Source of the DNA: Amoeboaphelidium occidentale
Taxonomy: Eukaryota
Direction: 5' to 3'
Length of the DNA stretch: 64,000 nt
Assembly: GCA_023515795.1 (NCBI GenBank)
Contig: JALGPX010000027.1
Location: 1 to 64,000, forward strand
Shown: positions 60,170 through 64,000 of the stretch, in pieces
How the letters are laid out: each line of letters begins with the position of its first letter
Position numbering within the stretch: the first letter of the stretch is position 1
Notes under the pieces: generated by a model
What the model was told of the DNA's origin: nothing
Databases searched by the model: none
Seen by the model: the letters and a program-made list of their open reading frames with translations, nothing else
Program-made: the position numbers and the translations under genes

Positions 60170-61231
60170 TTAATAATCAAAGTCGGATTCAAGATCAGAT
60201 TCAGAGAAATACTCTGCTTGTCCGTCAATATCTACATAAGAGAAATCTCCAATTTTTTGTCTTTCCTTGTTGCGCTGTTTCTCCAGTTTCCTCAAATAGG
60301 GAGCAACATCGATATTCGGGTCCAACTCGTGACCACCATCGTAAGCTTCCTTATAGTAAACTGAATGACCCAGTTCTGTCAATTCCTTAGCAAATGCTTT
60401 CATTCTGCTGGTATCAACCAAAGTATCACGATCTCCGTGAATGATGAATATATCGTCAACGCGTAGGCTTTCAATCTTACTTATGGGATCAAACCAAAAC
60501 TTTTCTTTTACCATTTTTCCGATCCTGTTCCCCAACCTTGTAACGTTTAGGAAATAATCGATCGCTTTCGAATTAAGTTCTGCTTTCTCAAAATTAAAGT
60601 CCATTTTCGACGAATACCCTGCAATTATATACGAGTTAATCTTAAATCCTTTCTTTGTATTGGTAAAGTTGTTTTCGCTCAGAGTTTCCAGTACTGGGCC
60701 AGCCCCGAAACAAACGCCATAGAGATTAATAATATCGTAGTTTTGAGCCATATCATTAATTAAAGCCACGAGACTAGCCTTAATGTAATTAGGATCGAAC
60801 TTTCCACTTTTCCTGTTCATATTCTTGCCAGGATAATCCCAAATAACGTAGTCTGATTGCAAAGACGGCCTTTCGCGAGCAGTTAAGTTGCCCATATATT
60901 CAACAATACGAGGAGACATGAAAGTTTTTGCGCCGCCAACCAAAATTGAAACCGCCTTTTTTCTTACAGGATCATTTGTTTCAGGATCGCGTTCTGATGA
61001 AAGATGGTAAGACAACGTGAATGAGTCCTTCTTCGGCTTCATCTCAACCTGTACATAATCCAAAGAATCGACTGGTAGCTTGTCGAGCTTAGAATGAGGA
61101 GTTATAGTACTATCAATGGCTTGGTTTGCGGTGATTTGTGCAGAGTACGAAAATACCGGTTTTGCCCATACACGCAGCTGGAGAACTAAGAAAGGCATCG
61201 ACAGCAATAATGCAAAAGAGGGATATTTCAT
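60170..61231 (-). CDS. Secreted alpha/beta hydrolase with a Cys nucleophile elbow
   Basis: SP; WDYPG, GVCFG, IIHGDRDTLV and GGH. Confidence 0.7.
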   Translation of the reverse strand: MKYPSFALLLSMPFLVLQLRVWAKPVFSYSAQITANQAIDSTITPHSKLDKLPVDSLDYVQVEMKPKKDSFTLSYHLSSERDPETNDPVRKKAVSILVGGAKTFMSPRIVEYMGNLTARERPSLQSDYVIWDYPGKNMNRKSGKFDPNYIKASLVALINDMAQNYDIINLYGVCFGAGPVLETLSENNFTNTKKGFKINSYIIAGYSSKMDFNFEKAELNSKAIDYFLNVTRLGNRIGKMVKEKFWFDPISKIESLRVDDIFIIHGDRDTLVDTSRMKAFAKELTELGHSVYYKEAYDGGHELDPNIDVAPYLRKLEKQRNKERQKIGDFSYVDIDGQAEYFSESDLESDFDY

Positions 61232-61292
61232 TTTCTGAAAAAAATTGAGGGGTTCAAACGAGGGGTTTATGGTTTTGATGGATTTGCTTGAA

Positions 61293-62675
61293 TCATGTGC
61301 TCCTTTCCTCCTGGAATTGCTTATCCATTTTCAAAATCATTTCGCGCAAGACCAAGTCAAACACCACTCGGTATATCAGCCACCGCCGTATTTTTTCTCG
61401 GTCATCATCCAATAAAAACCTCAGGTGCACATCAACGGCTTTTGCAACCCTTTCGCTTCCGAATGCTGATGTTGATAAAGTAAAGAATGCTTGGACAAAA
61501 TTAGAATATCCCCCTAAAACAAGTTCTTTCATCTTTTCATAAAGTTCTTCATTTGTTATTTCGTCTGTAAAAGTAGGAGCCTCCGATGAGGCTGCAGTGG
61601 AAACCCATATGGTTTCTCTTAAGGCCTTCAAGATAGCCAGAACAATGTTTGCATTAGTAATATAAGCATCAAGTAATGCATTCAATGCTTCCCCCAATGT
61701 GCGCTGATCTGAAGAAGAGAATACAACGTGTATAAATGGTCTAAACAGAAAAGAAACGATGATCCACATGAAAGTTGGTTTGATATCAAGGAAAAACAAG
61801 GTTTGCAGTAGAAGCAATATGTGTCCATCCGGTGCATCGGTATAATTTGAGTCCGAAGCTTTAAATGATTTCGATACTAGTGAAAAACAACGTCGCCACA
61901 TATCAACATCAGCTAATAAAGAAACTACATCAAATCGACTTGAGGAAGAAGATGCCTGCGACGATAGATGATGAAGAAAATTGGTCACTGCTATGCACAG
62001 TGTCTTCCCATTAGAAAATCTGTCAATCAGCGAAAGAATAGCAGCCGTAAGGATTTCGGTGATTACCAGACGAACAGCCTCGCTCTCGTACTCTTGTCCC
62101 CTTAATACCATGCCTCGAAGCAATAGATCAACGTAATGTTCAATATAAAGACGCTCAATATCCCTGCTTTTAAGAGCTTCGTGTGGATTCCGCAATAGAA
62201 ACATCTCTTCTGTATCAATGTCATTGAGATCCCGGAATAGATGCCGTAAAACAACGGGTAAATCTTTAAGTATTAGTCCATGGAAATCAACTTGTAAGAA
62301 TCCAGCCTCAATCGACTGCATTCCAGATGACAGAGTCTCGAACACAACACTGACAAACTCATCAGCAGTGTTCTTTCCTGAGTCACTGGCTATCTGACTT
62401 CCATACCAACTAACGACGTAGTCCTGCACAAAAAGTAAAGCAATCTTTCGTAGTTCCTCGTCTAATGAATCCTCTGAAGCGAATTTGATTCTGTTGGCCG
62501 TTTCTTCCAAAGTGGCTTTTCTGGCTGGCGAAGGAGATGATGGTTGAGCATCTATTGTGAGCGATAGTGTCCGACTGTGCGAGGGAGGATGACCGGGTGA
62601 GCCGTTGGATAATCGCAGTAGTCCTCCTTTGCTGCGATTTTTGATGGCGAGCGATTTCACGGGCGATGCAGACAT
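61293..62675 (-). CDS. PXA-domain protein
   Basis: LDEEL..I....VQDYVVSWY..I, PHEAL...E..Y and AVRLVITEIL motifs. Confidence 0.7.
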   Translation of the reverse strand: MSASPVKSLAIKNRSKGGLLRLSNGSPGHPPSHSRTLSLTIDAQPSSPSPARKATLEETANRIKFASEDSLDEELRKIALLFVQDYVVSWYGSQIASDSGKNTADEFVSVVFETLSSGMQSIEAGFLQVDFHGLILKDLPVVLRHLFRDLNDIDTEEMFLLRNPHEALKSRDIERLYIEHYVDLLLRGMVLRGQEYESEAVRLVITEILTAAILSLIDRFSNGKTLCIAVTNFLHHLSSQASSSSSRFDVVSLLADVDMWRRCFSLVSKSFKASDSNYTDAPDGHILLLLQTLFFLDIKPTFMWIIVSFLFRPFIHVVFSSSDQRTLGEALNALLDAYITNANIVLAILKALRETIWVSTAASSEAPTFTDEITNEELYEKMKELVLGGYSNFVQAFFTLSTSAFGSERVAKAVDVHLRFLLDDDREKIRRWLIYRVVFDLVLREMILKMDKQFQEERST

Positions 62676-62775
62676 CTTGATAAAAGATTTGCATTTCACG
62701 TGCAACTAGACGTGTAACCGATATTATTCCAATTTATTATCGCGTCTCCACTTTAGACGCATTCTTTTAGTTTAC

Positions 62776-64000
62776 TTAATCGATCTCTTCCATCTTAGAC
62801 TCAACAGCAACTTCTTCCAAAGCTGGCATGTCAGCTGGAGCTGGAGTAGCAGCTGATTCACCTTCTGCTTCAGATTCATCTAGACCCAAACCTAAGCTCA
62901 AGATTCTGTAGATTCTTGATGCATATTGTTGTGGGTTCTCCAAAGAGAATCCGCTAGTCAACATTGCTGTTTCAAACATCATGTTGATCAAATCCTTGAC
63001 AGTCTTGTCATTCTTGTCAGCTTCAACCTTTTCCTTCAATGCAACAACAATAGGGTGCTTTGGGTTGATTTCCATGTTCTTCTTGCTCTGCATGTAAGTG
63101 CTCATGCCTTGGTTGGACAAACTCTGAGCCTTCATGATTCTCTCCATGTTTGCAGACCAGCCAAAGGTTGAAGTAGACAAGATAGCTGGAGACTGGTCCA
63201 AAAGGTGAGAAACAACAACCTTCTCAACCTTTGATCCAAGAACTTCCTGAATAACAGTGCACAAGTTTGTGAACTTGGTCTTTTCTTCTTCAAGTCTCTT
63301 CTTCTCTTCTTCGTCCTCTTCCAATTCAATACCTTCCTTGGTGACACAGACCAACTTCTTTCCTTCGTATTCACGCAATTGCTGAACAGAGTATTCATCA
63401 ATAGGGTCAGTCATCAACAAAACTTCGTAGTTCTTCTTCTTCAAAGTTTCCAAGAAAGGAGAGTTCTCAATAGCAGCTCTTGATTCACCGGTAATGTAGT
63501 AAATATCCTTCTGCTTCTCGTTCATACGAGTGACATAGTCCTTCAAGGAGACCATTTCTTCACCGCTCTTGGTTGAGTGGAAACGCAAGAATTCAGCCAA
63601 CTTCTGACGGTTGTTTGAATCTTCGTGAATGCCCAACTTGATGTTCTTGGAGAATGCTTCGTAGAACTTCTTGAAGTTTTCCTTGTCTTCTGCAATCTCA
63701 GAGAACAATTCCAGTACCTTCTTGACCAAGTTCTTCTTGATGACCTTCAAGATCTTGTTCTGTTGCAACATTTCACGAGAAATGTTCAAAGGCAAATCTT
63801 CAGAGTCAACAACACCCTTAACAAAAGACAACCAGTCAGGGATCAATTCTTCACAGTCATCCATGATGAAGACACGACGGACATACAACTTGATGTTGTT
63901 GCGCTTCTTTCTCTGTTCAAACATGTCGAATGGAGCACGACGTGGAATGAACAAGATTGCACGGAATTCCAATTGACCTTCAACAGAAAAGTGCTTGACA
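62776..64000 (-). CDS. HSP90: Cytosolic Hsp90, 3' part
   Basis: [51 protein letters not shown] and C-terminal MEEID. Confidence 0.98.
   Translation of the reverse strand, partial: VKHFSVEGQLEFRAILFIPRRAPFDMFEQRKKRNNIKLYVRRVFIMDDCEELIPDWLSFVKGVVDSEDLPLNISREMLQQNKILKVIKKNLVKKVLELFSEIAEDKENFKKFYEAFSKNIKLGIHEDSNNRQKLAEFLRFHSTKSGEEMVSLKDYVTRMNEKQKDIYYITGESRAAIENSPFLETLKKKNYEVLLMTDPIDEYSVQQLREYEGKKLVCVTKEGIELEEDEEEKKRLEEEKTKFTNLCTVIQEVLGSKVEKVVVSHLLDQSPAILSTSTFGWSANMERIMKAQSLSNQGMSTYMQSKKNMEINPKHPIVVALKEKVEADKNDKTVKDLINMMFETAMLTSGFSLENPQQYASRIYRILSLGLGLDESEAEGESAATPAPADMPALEEVAVESKMEEID

Noticed and set aside
25578..63976. Numerous antisense or overlapping ORFs in the track (e.g. 25578-26120, 29571-30080, 63671-63976)
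   Set aside because: These are shadows of well-supported genes on the opposite strand or in another frame.
1..64000. Genome-wide stop-codon reassignment (TAR=Gln)
   Set aside because: Long conserved genes have no in-frame TAA/TAG and end on them (Hsp90, ERG8, kinases).
1..64000. CRISPR arrays, rRNA or tRNA genes
   Set aside because: No spaced direct repeats or recognisable RNA-gene motifs seen; the context is eukaryotic.

Overview
Compact eukaryotic genomic DNA using the standard genetic code, with very short GT-AG introns (30-49 nt) and short intergenic gaps. The gene content (cytosolic Hsp90, ERG8, ALG13, ARE/ACAT, Munc13-like, BTG/Tob, DUF7726-like, Crinkler-like remnant) suggests an early-diverging fungus or fungal relative such as a chytrid or aphelid (inference). 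1-25 kb is an accessory, subtelomere-like zone. It holds three intact ~1200-aa receptor-like kinases (signal peptide, ~21 WD40 repeats, TM, non-RD kinase that stops right after subdomain IX), a divergent WD40 gene running off the left edge, kinase-gene debris and two F-box pseudogenes. It also holds two diverged copies of a ~460-nt covarying structured element tipped with CCCTAA, and a head-to-head pair of intron-containing secreted proteins with bacterial-type domains. 26-41 kb is housekeeping, but includes a microsatellite-rich AT island with an apparent GC-skew switch. 43-61 kb mixes housekeeping genes with effector-like genes (secreted ART-like protein, CRN-type NTPase-REase pseudogene, secreted FCP1/NIF phosphatase, Cys-nucleophile hydrolase). 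Duplications flanking the N gaps are probably uncollapsed haplotypes. All family calls come from motif recognition by eye; no database searches were run.
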